From: Nitrospiraceae bacterium
GTDB lineage: Bacteria; Nitrospirota; Nitrospiria; Nitrospirales; Nitrospiraceae
Assembly: GCA_050246315.1 (NCBI GenBank)
Contig: JBFWWG010000001.1
Location: 608,001-672,000, forward strand
Length of the DNA stretch: 64,000 nucleotides
Direction: 5' to 3'
A program made the translations under genes and the position numbers. Under the pieces are notes generated by a model. The model saw nothing but the letters and a program-made list of their open reading frames with translations, was not told the origin of the DNA and ran no database searches. Below, one piece after another: positions 25,551 to 35,287 of the stretch; within the stretch, counting starts at the first letter, position 1, and every line of letters starts with the position of its first letter.

Positions 25551-26284
25551 TGGGAAACGTATCCGAACGCTTCACGCCGCCCCGTGTCTGCATCGCGAGG
25601 GCGCTGCTTCTGCTGCTCTGCCTCAGTGGCCTGACCACCGGCTGCGCCAATGTCATCCGGGCCGGTCTCATCAATAGCAACACGATCTTTCTTGAGCCGA
25701 GTACGAGTCGCACGGTCTATCTCCAGCCCCGCAACGTGTCGGAAAACCAGCTTGTGAACCTGGGGATCGTCGGCCAGAAACTCGCCGCCAAAGGCTATCA
25801 CGTTGCCGCCGACCCTGATCGGGCGAACTACTGGATACAAGTCAAGGTGGTGTATTGTCACAAGGCCGGCCAGGGCGTGAAGCCCGAGACCATCGCGCAA
25901 AGCGGGTTCGGTTCCGGAATCAGCACCGGTGGGAGTACGGCGCCGTCTGTGATGAGGGGAGGAGACCCTTCCGCCATGATGGGCGGAATGGACATGAACG
26001 CGCTCATGCGGATGGCCATGAGCGGCCGAGGCGGGTTTGGGATGGAACCGCCGCCGGAAGAAGAAGGTGTGACCTATCTGTGCGTGGTTGATGTGCAGAT
26101 CACCGATCGCAGGCTGGGCAAGCCGCTCGGTCGACCAGTCGGAGGGTCGGCACCAACCGGTTCCGCTCCCAAGGTCCAGCAGATGCGGATGGTCGGTCAT
26201 ACGCTGCAGAAGGATCTGGACATTCAGGAAGCGACGCCGATTGTGCAGGAGAAGATCAGCACCGGCATCGCCGGGCTGTTCTGA
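25550..26284 (+). CDS. traT: TraT-like lipoprotein, copy 2
   Basis: Lipobox TTGC; SNTIFLEP...VYLQPRNVSE...KGYHV..DPDRANYWIQV; YLCVVDVQITDR; ends IAGLF. Confidence 0.75.
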   Translation: MGNVSERFTPPRVCIARALLLLLCLSGLTTGCANVIRAGLINSNTIFLEPSTSRTVYLQPRNVSENQLVNLGIVGQKLAAKGYHVAADPDRANYWIQVKVVYCHKAGQGVKPETIAQSGFGSGISTGGSTAPSVMRGGDPSAMMGGMDMNALMRMAMSGRGGFGMEPPPEEEGVTYLCVVDVQITDRRLGKPLGRPVGGSAPTGSAPKVQQMRMVGHTLQKDLDIQEATPIVQEKISTGIAGLF

Positions 26285-26467
26285 ACCATCGAAGATGAGA
26301 GGGCGGACGGTTGAATCATGCGGCCATGAAGGCCTCCTGGTCGGTCACACCAACAATACCTCTAACTGGAGGGAGTCTGTCCTCAGCGAAGGTGCCGGAC
26401 TGCGTTGTGGTGGGACAACGAGAGTAATCAAGGTGGGAAGGAAAATTTCGGACTGAGGACGGTGGAA

Positions 26468-27121
26468 TCAGGAAGAAGGCGCCAGGTATCGTTGAAACCA
26501 GCCAAGCGCGAGTGTGGCCACCTGCTCCAACATTCCCGGTTCTTCGAACAGATGCGAAGCGCCGGGAACAATGACCAATTTCTTCCGGCAGGTGAGTAAC
26601 GCCAGGGCGTCCCGGTTCAGTTCGACGACTGTTTCGTCGTCTCCTCCCACGATGAGCAGGGTCGGCGCCGTCACGCTCGGCAGATAGGTCGCGGCGAGGT
26701 CTGGCCGCCCACCGCGGGAGACCACGGCGTCGACGATCCCGGGTGCCTCGGCCGCAGCCTGTAATGCCGCTCCTGTGCCGGTGCTGGCTCCGAAATAGCC
26801 GATTCGGAGTCGAGCAGTTCTGGATTGTCCGGTCAGCCAGTCGGTTGCCCCGCGCACTCTGCTTGCCAGCAAGGAAGTATCGAAGACATTTCGACGGTCC
26901 TCCGCTTCACTCTCCTCTAGCAGATCAATCAACAAAGTGGCGATCCGCCCTTGCTGTAGGTGCCTGGCAACGAAGCGATTGCGGGGGCTCAAGCGACCGC
27001 TCCCGCTTCCATGCGCGAAGAGCACGATGCCCTTTGGGTCGTCTGGGAGCCCAAGTATGCCCTGAAGTCGATGACGCCCCATTACTAACTCGACGTCCTG
27101 TTCGTGCGGGCCGAGTGCCAT
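26468..27121 (-). CDS. Dienelactone hydrolase-like alpha/beta hydrolase
   Basis: FAHGSGSGRLSPRN, GYFGASTG, VSRGGRPDLA, LLIVGGDD, PGASHLFEE. Confidence 0.88.
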   Translation of the reverse strand: MALGPHEQDVELVMGRHRLQGILGLPDDPKGIVLFAHGSGSGRLSPRNRFVARHLQQGRIATLLIDLLEESEAEDRRNVFDTSLLASRVRGATDWLTGQSRTARLRIGYFGASTGTGAALQAAAEAPGIVDAVVSRGGRPDLAATYLPSVTAPTLLIVGGDDETVVELNRDALALLTCRKKLVIVPGASHLFEEPGMLEQVATLALGWFQRYLAPSS

Positions 27122-27290
27122 GGTGATTCTCCTCTTACATTGCATAGCAGGACAGCGGGATCAATGCCAGTCTCCCGCATCAAGTCTGACGCGAAGACAG
27201 AATAACCAGCCATTTTCAGGGCTACGGCCTTATCAAGCGGGCGATCGCTCCGCCGCGTCCATACAAGAAGATCCTCGCTAATGTTGCAAA

Positions 27291-27325
27291 TGGTATTGAA
27301 AATCGAAATCAATTTATCCTAGAAT
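27291..27325 (+). promoter_or_regulatory. Sigma70-like promoter with an overlapping AT-rich palindrome
   Basis: TTGAAA-18 nt-TAGAAT; ATTGA-N9-TCAAT palindrome (27295-27313). Confidence 0.4.
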
Positions 27326-27376
27326 CGAGACCCTCGTGCTGTCTACGAGGTAACTTGTCCAGTGAGGGAAAGCCAA

Positions 27377-29215
27377 GTGACGCAGCGTCCCGTCCTCATC
27401 ATCGGTGCCGGTCCTGCCGGACTGACTACCGCTTACGAACTTTCCAAACAAGGACTGTCGTCGACTGTGCTGGAAAGTGGCGCCCAGGTCGGCGGGATTT
27501 CAAAGACCGTGAACTACGCCGGGTATCGGTTCGATATCGGTGGGCATCGGTTTTTCTCGAAGGTGCCGTTAATCAATGAGTTGTGGCAGGAAATTCTGGG
27601 AGAAGAGTTCCTCCTGCGTCCCCGCAAGTCACGCATCTACTACAACGAACATTTCTTCGACTATCCCCTGAAGCCGATCAACGCCTTGATCGGGTTAGGG
27701 CCGGTCGAGTCCGTTCTAGTAGCCCTCAGCTATCTGAAGGCGAGGTTCGCCCATATTCACGAGGAAAGGACCTTCGAGGATTGGGTGTCGAATCGATTCG
27801 GGTACCGACTATACAGAATTTTCTTCAAGACCTACACGGAGAAGGTGTGGGGGATTCCTTGCACGGAGATCTCGGCGGATTGGGCGGCGCAACGGATCAA
27901 GAATCTGTCCCTCAAGCAGGCTCTCCGCAACGCGCTCTTGGGGGCGTCGCGGGGAGTGGACGGCAAGACGATCACTTCCTTAATCGAGCAGTTTCACTAC
28001 CCGAGGTTCGGACCGGGAATGATGTGGGAACGCTGTGAGATGGTGATCGGCCAACGAGGCACCCGGACGGTTCGCGGCATGCACATCAATCGTATCCGGC
28101 ATGCACGGGGACGGGTCGAATCCGTCTCCGGGACGACGTCGACCGGAGAGCGGACGGAGTTCGAGGGATCCGACTTTGTCTCGACGATGCCGCTTCGGGA
28201 GCTCATGTTTGCCTTGACTCCCATGCCTCCTGCCCAGGTGCTTGATGCCGCAGCTCGGCTTCGCTACCGGGATTATCTGACCGTGGTGCTGGTCGTCAAG
28301 CGCGAGGCCGTCTTCCCGGACAACTGGATCTATATCCATTCTTCGGATGTGAAGGTTGGGAGGATCCAAAATTACAAGAACTGGAGTCCCTACATGGTGC
28401 CCGATCCTGCCACCACGTCGTTGGGTCTGGAATATTTTCTCTGGGACAAGGATGAGGAATGGTCGTGGCCGGACGAGCAACTCATCCAAATGGGCATCCG
28501 CGAATGTCATCAACTGGGGCTGGTCGATCCGAAGGACGTGGTCGATGGAACGGTCGTGCGGATGGAGAAGGCCTATCCCGTATACGATCAGACCTACCAG
28601 GCCAATGTGGCGGTCATTCGAGACTATCTGGCGACACTTCCCAATCTACAGACCATCGGACGGAATGGGCTTCACCGCTACAACAACCAAGACCATTCGA
28701 TGCTGACCGGGATCTATGCGGCTCGGAACATCACGGGCGAGCGGTGGGATGTGTGGTCTGTCAATACCGAAAAGGAATATCACGAGGAGGGACGCGTCGC
28801 CAAACTCAACCCCGGCGATCGGTTGGTGCCGAAACCGATAGCCGTTCCGGTACAGGGCATGCCGACTGGGCTGGATCGGGTGCTCGAGCGCGCCTTCGCG
28901 CAGGTGGATCCTGTTGCCATGGGCGTGGCGACGGCAGTAGTCGGCGGTGTAGGGATCTTCCTTGTCACGGTCATCCTGTTGATCAAGGGCGGCAGGGTGG
29001 TGGGGCCGAATCTGTCGCTCCTCGCACAATTTCTCCCGGGCTTCAGTGTGACGTGGGCCGGCGCGGTGATCGGCCTTGTCGAGATGGGACTCTGGGGATT
29101 TCTAATTGGATACGCCAGCGCCTGGCTGTGCAACCAGGTCGCCGTGCTGTACGTGTCGCAGATTCGGTCCCGTGCGGAGGCGGCGGAACACCGGGATCTG
29201 CTGGATAAGGTATAG
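27377..29215 (+). CDS. FAD-dependent oxidoreductase (HemY/UDP-galactopyranose-mutase-like fold) with a C-terminal membrane domain
   Basis: IIGAGPAGLT, GGISKT..Y.GYRFDIGGHRFFSK, FPDNWIYIH, GRNGLHRYNNQDHSM; hydrophobic C-terminal helices. Confidence 0.85.
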   Translation: MTQRPVLIIGAGPAGLTTAYELSKQGLSSTVLESGAQVGGISKTVNYAGYRFDIGGHRFFSKVPLINELWQEILGEEFLLRPRKSRIYYNEHFFDYPLKPINALIGLGPVESVLVALSYLKARFAHIHEERTFEDWVSNRFGYRLYRIFFKTYTEKVWGIPCTEISADWAAQRIKNLSLKQALRNALLGASRGVDGKTITSLIEQFHYPRFGPGMMWERCEMVIGQRGTRTVRGMHINRIRHARGRVESVSGTTSTGERTEFEGSDFVSTMPLRELMFALTPMPPAQVLDAAARLRYRDYLTVVLVVKREAVFPDNWIYIHSSDVKVGRIQNYKNWSPYMVPDPATTSLGLEYFLWDKDEEWSWPDEQLIQMGIRECHQLGLVDPKDVVDGTVVRMEKAYPVYDQTYQANVAVIRDYLATLPNLQTIGRNGLHRYNNQDHSMLTGIYAARNITGERWDVWSVNTEKEYHEEGRVAKLNPGDRLVPKPIAVPVQGMPTGLDRVLERAFAQVDPVAMGVATAVVGGVGIFLVTVILLIKGGRVVGPNLSLLAQFLPGFSVTWAGAVIGLVEMGLWGFLIGYASAWLCNQVAVLYVSQIRSRAEAAEHRDLLDKV

Positions 29216-29490
29216 CGTGGTCAGCCCGGTCGGCGAGGGAGATGGCGGATCGGCGGAGATGATCGCGAAGAGTGGGAGCTGAGGGGGGCGGTGACGAGGA
29301 TTCAGGCCGGACGGCTTGCTCCCGACTTCGGAGTGGGGGCTGGGCCGGGTTCTCTCTCATGACCGTCTGGCTGCTGTTCGAAGGGAGCGAGCATGTCGGC
29401 CTCCATTTTCAGTTGCTGTCCGATTACTTTGTCGGTCACTAAGCCTGCGTGCCCGCGCCAGAGGCGCCGATCTGAAAGGAGATCTACCAG

Positions 29491-30498
29491 GTGAGCGAAA
29501 CAAACAACCCGTTGATGTCGGTCGTGATTGCGACGCCTGACCATTTCGATACCATCCGGATGACGCTCCAACACCTGATGCGCCAGACAGTCCGGAGATC
29601 GCTCGAGCTCATCATCGTGGCGCCGTCACGTGCGCATTTGAACGTCCATGAGGCCGAGCTCTCGGAGTTCGCTGCCGCGTTCGTGCGGATGCAGATCGTG
29701 GAAGTGGGAACGATCCATTCGATCGGGCGAGCCAATGCTGCGGGCATCCGTCGCGCCGCCGCTCCGATCGTCGTGCTGGCGGAGGACCATTGCTTTCCCG
29801 ATCCTCAATGGGCGGAAAGTCTGATTGCCGCGCATCGCGGCCCCTGGGCGGCGGTGGGGCCGGCCGTACGCAATGCGAACCCCGGGACCGCGGTGAGCTG
29901 GGCGGATCTGTTTATCGGCTATGGACCCTGGCTCTGTCCGGCGACCGGCCGGGAGATGGAGTTTCTCCCGGGGCACAATACCAGCTATAAGCGCGACCGT
30001 TTGTTGGATTACGGGCAAGACTTGGAGTCGATGATGGAGGCGGAAACCCTTCTGCATTGGGACATGCGCCGAAAGGGGCATCGCCTCTGGCTCGAACCAA
30101 CGGCCCTCGTCGCCCATACCAACTTCTCTTTGTGGCGTTCATGGGTGCCGGTGCAATACTACAACGGTCGCCTGTTTGCCGGTGCCCGTGCGCGGGGGAT
30201 GGCGGCATGGCGACGTCTGATCTTTGTAGCCGGCTCTCCGCTGATCCCGCCGTTGCGGCTATGGCGAATCTGGAAGGGAATCGAGGCCGGCGAACAGAAG
30301 CGGCGGTTTATGCTCAACCTTCCCGCCCTGGTAATCGGGTTAGTTCTGGATGGGGTCGGCCAATTGGTTGGTTATGCCGCTGGAATCGGTGACGCTGCCG
30401 ATGATGTAGCCCGGTATGAATTTCATCGGTTTCAGCACATTCGGGCCGAGGATCGGCTGGCTCTGGCTCCCGTTTCTGCCAAGGTCCCCATTGCCTAG
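29491..30498 (+). CDS. Glycosyltransferase family 2
   Basis: MSVVIAT, ANAAGIRRA.APIVVLAEDHC, PGHNTSYKR. Confidence 0.82.
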   Translation: MSETNNPLMSVVIATPDHFDTIRMTLQHLMRQTVRRSLELIIVAPSRAHLNVHEAELSEFAAAFVRMQIVEVGTIHSIGRANAAGIRRAAAPIVVLAEDHCFPDPQWAESLIAAHRGPWAAVGPAVRNANPGTAVSWADLFIGYGPWLCPATGREMEFLPGHNTSYKRDRLLDYGQDLESMMEAETLLHWDMRRKGHRLWLEPTALVAHTNFSLWRSWVPVQYYNGRLFAGARARGMAAWRRLIFVAGSPLIPPLRLWRIWKGIEAGEQKRRFMLNLPALVIGLVLDGVGQLVGYAAGIGDAADDVARYEFHRFQHIRAEDRLALAPVSAKVPIA

Positions 30499-30780
30499 CC
30501 CGCATGATTGATGACGGTTCGTCGTGTTCCACCCGTTGCAGTGAAAGCGCAACGGATACCAGGAAGTCGCCAACCGTTGGACCCATTGCCATTGAGAAGA
30601 GCAAGGGGTGTCCCAAGCCCGGCCGCGAGGGACCTTGGCGTACTTGAAACAGTACGCCAAGGGATCAAGCGGCGAGCACGCCAGCCGAAAGGCTTGTCGT
30701 GGCGGCGAATCGGTGCGCCCATTGCTTCTCTGTTGCAATCAGCCAAAGAAGCAGAAGCGTTCATGAATCATGCGGGCGAG
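30495..30780. mobile_element. Complete ~280-bp MITE-like element inserted at the CTAG containing the GT2 stop codon
   Basis: TIRs CCCGCATGATTGATGA / TCATGAATCATGCGGG (15/16); flanks CTAG and CGAG; no transposase. Confidence 0.8.
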
Positions 30781-30897
30781 GAGTGAAACGCGCCATCCTC
30801 CGTCGTTTGGCGCGGCGAATGTCCGCCGTGTCGCCGGTCTCCAGAGAATCGATCCCACGGAAACAGGCGTTGACGGTCGCCTGGACATGAGGCGTAT

Positions 30898-31848
30898 GTG
30901 AACGAGCTCGACGAGAATATCCGTAGTTCGAAGGAAACGCGCACGGAACCGTCCGTTCCCTTCTTCTCGATCATCATTCCCACCTGGAATCGGCCGAAAC
31001 AACTGCGGGCCTGCCTGCTGTCATTGGCGAAGATGGAGTATCCTCCAGACCGTTTCGAAGTGATCGTGGTGGACGACGGAAGCGACCCGCCGATCGGCGC
31101 ACCGGAGGATCGCGAACTGTTGGGCTGCTCCGTGACATGGCTCCGTCAAGTTAATGCAGGACCGGCGGCGGCCCGTAACGCAGGGGCGGCCAAAGCGAAA
31201 GGTCCGTATCTGGCCTTCACCGACGACGATTGTACGCCGGCCCCGGACTGGCTCCGGCGGCTGGCCGGCATATTCGAGGGTTCGCCGCATGCGCTGGTCG
31301 GCGGGCACACGATCAACGCCCTGTCGGACAATCTCTACGCGACCGCCAGCCAGACGATCGTGCAGGCCGCGCACGAATCGTTTCAGGCCGGATATAGCCG
31401 ATTGCAGTTCTTCGCCTCAAACAACATGGCTGTGCGAGCCGATTTCTTCTGGGCCGTCGGGGGGTTTGACCCGGCCTTCAGGACGTCTGAAGATCGGGAC
31501 CTCTGCGATCGGTGGGTGCGTGCCGGCTACCCGCTCATGTATGCTTCCGATGCGGTGATCTATCATCGCCATGAGCTGACCTTGGTCGGATTTTGGCGGC
31601 AACATTTCAACTATGGGCGGGGCGCCTATCGCTTTCATCGAGCACGCGCCAGACGAGGAGCCGGTCCCTTTCGGCCTGAGCTTTCGTTCTACCGACACGT
31701 CTTCCGCTACCCCTTCAGCAGAGGCGGACACGGTCGGCGGTGGTCGCTCGCCATGTTGTTCGTCCTCTGGCAATTCGCGAATGCAGCAGGATTTCTGTGG
31801 GAGAAGTGGTGGTCGGGAGAACGGCAGACCGACGAGAGGGTGCCGTGA
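30898..31848 (+). CDS. Glycosyltransferase family 2
   Basis: FSIIIPTWNR, EVIVVDDGS, GPAAARN.G, LAFTDDDC, GGFD..F..SEDRDL. Confidence 0.92.
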   Translation: MNELDENIRSSKETRTEPSVPFFSIIIPTWNRPKQLRACLLSLAKMEYPPDRFEVIVVDDGSDPPIGAPEDRELLGCSVTWLRQVNAGPAAARNAGAAKAKGPYLAFTDDDCTPAPDWLRRLAGIFEGSPHALVGGHTINALSDNLYATASQTIVQAAHESFQAGYSRLQFFASNNMAVRADFFWAVGGFDPAFRTSEDRDLCDRWVRAGYPLMYASDAVIYHRHELTLVGFWRQHFNYGRGAYRFHRARARRGAGPFRPELSFYRHVFRYPFSRGGHGRRWSLAMLFVLWQFANAAGFLWEKWWSGERQTDERVP

Positions 31849-33389
31849 GTGATGCTTCGTCACGACCGGGACGTCACTTGCTGGATGGAACCGTCTGGGT
31901 GTTGCTCGCGGAGGCGCTGTTCCCTCTCACCGCTCTGGTCACCTCCGCGTTTCTCACGAGGCGGTTGGGTCTCGACGGATACGGTCACTGGGTCCTGGCC
32001 GTCTCGCTTGTCGTCTGGGTGGAATGGAGTCTCGCCTCATTTTTTTCCAGAGCCACGATCAAACACGTCGGAGCGGCCAAGGACTGGCGGCCGCTCGGGA
32101 CCGCTGCCGTACAGCTTCAACTCAGGATGGGGCTCGGGGCGATGGCGGCAATCTGGGCGTTGGCGTGGCCGCTCGCCCAATGGCTCAGCGAACCGTCGCT
32201 CGCGGTGTATCTCGCGCTCCTGGCGCTGGATGTCCCGCTGTTCGCGCTCGCACAGGCTCACCGCCAGATTCTGGCCGGAACCGGTGCCTACCGCGAGTGC
32301 GCCTGGGCCGGCGGGGGTCGGTGGCTTGCACGCCTGCTGCTTGTTGTCCTCCTGGTCACCGCGGGTCTGTCGGTTGTGGGAGCCATCCTAGGCGTCATCG
32401 GCTCGACACTGCTGGAATTGTGGCTGTATCGTCGGACTCTGCGCCCGGCATGGTTTTCGCGGACGGGGACCGCGACGTGGTCGCTCTGGAGCTACTCATG
32501 GCCCTTGTTTTTCTCGACTGTGAGCCTGATGGTGGTGGGGCGCATGGATCTGTTCGTCATCAAAGCGCTGGGTTCCACCGCCGAGGAAGCGGGGCTCTAT
32601 GGGGCGGCCCAGAACCTGGCGTTGCTTCCCACTCTTCTGGGTATGGCAGCCTCGCCGTTGTTGCTGTCGAGCCTGAGTCGGGCGCTGGCTTGCGGCGACG
32701 CTGCGCTCGCCAGGACCATGACGAACCAGGCCATACGGATCGCCGTGATGATATTTCCGATGGCGGCGGCGGTTGCGGGGTCGGCGGAGGATATCGCCGA
32801 GTTCCTGTTCGGGGCGCCTTTTCGGGGAGCCGGCCGCTTTCTCCCTATGCTTGTGTTCGGAGCCGCTGCTACGCTCCTCCTGTCGGTGGCGCTCACCGTG
32901 CTGATCGCGGATGGACAACCACGGTTGACCTCGATGCTGACAGTGCCGCTCGTTCCGCTCGCGCTGATAGGTCATCTCATCGTCATTCCTCGGTACGGAT
33001 CGTTCGGCGCCTCGGTGGTCACTGCATTGGTGGGCTGTATGGGAATGGGCATCGGATTGGTCACCATCTGCCGCCTGTGGCGAGTCGTGCCATCCCTCGG
33101 AATCGTCGTCCGCACTGTGGCAGCCGGCCTGCTGGCGCTGTTCGTGTCGACGGTCTGGCCGACGTCCGGGGCGATGGTGCTCGTCAAGCTGGTCGCCGTC
33201 GGCGGTTTGATCCTCGTCGTCTACTGGGTGCTGCGAGAATTTACGGCGGACGAAACGGCCCTCGTGCGCGAGCTGATCGGTGAATGGACAAGAACCAAGA
33301 GACCGGCGGACACAACGGCAACCGGTCTGAGGTCGGAATCGCTGATCGAGTCGGAGGGGACCGTGGGGCGCGGAACGTTGGCGCCGTAG
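31845..33389 (+). CDS. Wzx-like oligosaccharide flippase (MOP family)
   Basis: Many TM helices; LTRRLG...YG, DLFVIK.L....AGLY.AA, LIVIPRYG.FGA. Confidence 0.85.
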   Translation: MSDASSRPGRHLLDGTVWVLLAEALFPLTALVTSAFLTRRLGLDGYGHWVLAVSLVVWVEWSLASFFSRATIKHVGAAKDWRPLGTAAVQLQLRMGLGAMAAIWALAWPLAQWLSEPSLAVYLALLALDVPLFALAQAHRQILAGTGAYRECAWAGGGRWLARLLLVVLLVTAGLSVVGAILGVIGSTLLELWLYRRTLRPAWFSRTGTATWSLWSYSWPLFFSTVSLMVVGRMDLFVIKALGSTAEEAGLYGAAQNLALLPTLLGMAASPLLLSSLSRALACGDAALARTMTNQAIRIAVMIFPMAAAVAGSAEDIAEFLFGAPFRGAGRFLPMLVFGAAATLLLSVALTVLIADGQPRLTSMLTVPLVPLALIGHLIVIPRYGSFGASVVTALVGCMGMGIGLVTICRLWRVVPSLGIVVRTVAAGLLALFVSTVWPTSGAMVLVKLVAVGGLILVVYWVLREFTADETALVRELIGEWTRTKRPADTTATGLRSESLIESEGTVGRGTLAP

Positions 33390-33475
33390 ATAGACGCCGG
33401 AACCGGGACGCAATGGGAGGGGAACGGGCGGACTATCCGGATACGAAGCTGCTGACTGGAGCGGTCCTGTCACCG

Positions 33476-35008
33476 ATGTCGCAGGATCGCCGGTACGATC
33501 TGATCGCCATCGCGTCCTGTCTCTTCGTCGGGATCCTTGGCCTCTGGGTGGGCGCATCGCGCGAAGTCGGCAACTGGGGAGTGGAGGCCGATTTCTTTTC
33601 GAGAGACGTCGAGCAGACTTCCCGGATTCTTGCCGGGGAACCCTACACGAACCGACATTACCCACCGGGCTATGCTTACCTGCTGGCCCTGTCGTCGCGT
33701 TTCACCTCCGACCTGTTTGTCGCGGGAAAGATCCTGACCAGCCTGTCGGCCGTGCTTTTTGGGGTTGTGACCTATCGGCTCCTTTCGAGCCTATGGGGGA
33801 AACGGCTGGCGTTGGCCGCAACCCTCTTGGTCCTGCTCACACTGGTGCCGTACACCTTCCTCGCCTCGGTCGACATGCCGGCCAACCTGGCATTGGTGTT
33901 GTCGATGTGGCTGCTGCTTCGACGGGAAACCAGCCTCGGGCTCTGTCTTCAGGCCGGCCTGGCGGCGGGGGCGGCCTATCTGCTCCGTTACAATGCACTC
34001 TTCCTGCTGGCTGGCATCCCGCTCGTCCTCCTAACAGCGGGTGATCCGGCCGAGCCCTGGCGGTCTCGGCTGACGAAGGTTGGATGGTTCTTGGGCGCGG
34101 CCCTCGTGGTGATGGCGCCATGGCTGCTCGTGAATTGGTATCGGAACGGAAGTCCTTTCGCCAGCGATCTCTATCAACAGGTTGCCGCGCGGTTTTATCA
34201 TCCGCAAAAGGATGCGTTCGTCTGGGCGACGGACGAAATGGGAAAGAAGTTCAACTCGGTATGGGAAGTCCTGGTCTATGACCCATGGCGGTTCACGAAA
34301 ATGTTCCTGAAAGACGTTGTCTACGGCAAGGCCCATCGACTCGCGTGGCGGGTCCTTGAATTTCCCTCGATCCTCTTTGCCGGGGCAGGGCTGCTGTTGT
34401 ATGTGCACCACCTGAACAGGCGGCGGGCGGCCTTTCTGATCCTGTGTCTAGCCGGATATCTGTTGCATGGGCTGGCGGGGTTCGCCGTCCGGTTTTACTT
34501 CTTTCTCTTTCCGCTGCTGTTCCTCGCGGTGGTGCTGCCGGTCTTTCAATGGGAGCGGCTCCCGTTGCCGTGGTCCGGTGGACGGGTGGAATGGGCCGCC
34601 GGCTGGTGGATCTTCGGGATTTTGGCGCTCGCCTCCGGCTACCATGCCTATGTCAGCACCACGTGGTTGTTGCAGACGCAGCCCACGTATCTCATGGAGG
34701 CAGCCACGGAGGTCAGGTCCCGTGCCGTCGCTGGCGACCGGATGATGGCGATCGAGCCACACCTCTCCTATCTGAGCAAGTTGCCGTTCAGATCCGGTGC
34801 GGTCGCGAATTCGCTCGATCGCTATGTTGAAATCGTGGCGGCCGAGGGCATCCGCTTCCTCGTCTACAGCAAGCACGAGGAAGAATATTGGCCGGGTTTG
34901 CGCGTCCTGAGTCAGCCGGATCACATGCCGAAGTCTCTTCAGGTCATCTATGAACACAAGCCCAGCAGCACGATCATCTATGAGGTCGTGCGATCTGGTC
35001 CTGAGTAG
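33476..35008 (+). CDS. GT-C fold membrane glycosyltransferase (ArnT/PMT-like); alternative start 33413
   Basis: N-terminal TM followed by acidic EAD loop, HYPPGYAYLLA, AYLLRYN, APWLL.NW...GSPF, FAVRFYF. Confidence 0.75.
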   Translation: MSQDRRYDLIAIASCLFVGILGLWVGASREVGNWGVEADFFSRDVEQTSRILAGEPYTNRHYPPGYAYLLALSSRFTSDLFVAGKILTSLSAVLFGVVTYRLLSSLWGKRLALAATLLVLLTLVPYTFLASVDMPANLALVLSMWLLLRRETSLGLCLQAGLAAGAAYLLRYNALFLLAGIPLVLLTAGDPAEPWRSRLTKVGWFLGAALVVMAPWLLVNWYRNGSPFASDLYQQVAARFYHPQKDAFVWATDEMGKKFNSVWEVLVYDPWRFTKMFLKDVVYGKAHRLAWRVLEFPSILFAGAGLLLYVHHLNRRRAAFLILCLAGYLLHGLAGFAVRFYFFLFPLLFLAVVLPVFQWERLPLPWSGGRVEWAAGWWIFGILALASGYHAYVSTTWLLQTQPTYLMEAATEVRSRAVAGDRMMAIEPHLSYLSKLPFRSGAVANSLDRYVEIVAAEGIRFLVYSKHEEEYWPGLRVLSQPDHMPKSLQVIYEHKPSSTIIYEVVRSGPE

Positions 35009-35287
35009 ACGAGCTTCCGACCGATGATCGAGGTTAACTTCGTGGTGATGCCATGCCGTCTTGTGCGGGTACGTCCCTCCTGAGCTTTCCGATGTCTCCA
35101 TTCCTGTCCTATTGCCGACGTCCCGACGCCGCCCGGTTGCTTCCGGCGAGGTCGATGGCCGGGGCGGAAGCTTTCGATGCAGAATTCGACCGGAGGTGCC
35201 TTGATGGCGTCCCCTCCGACTTGACCGACCGCCGAGCAAAGGGCTAGGCTGGGCGCGCCTCTGATGGGATGAGTAAACGGGAAGACC

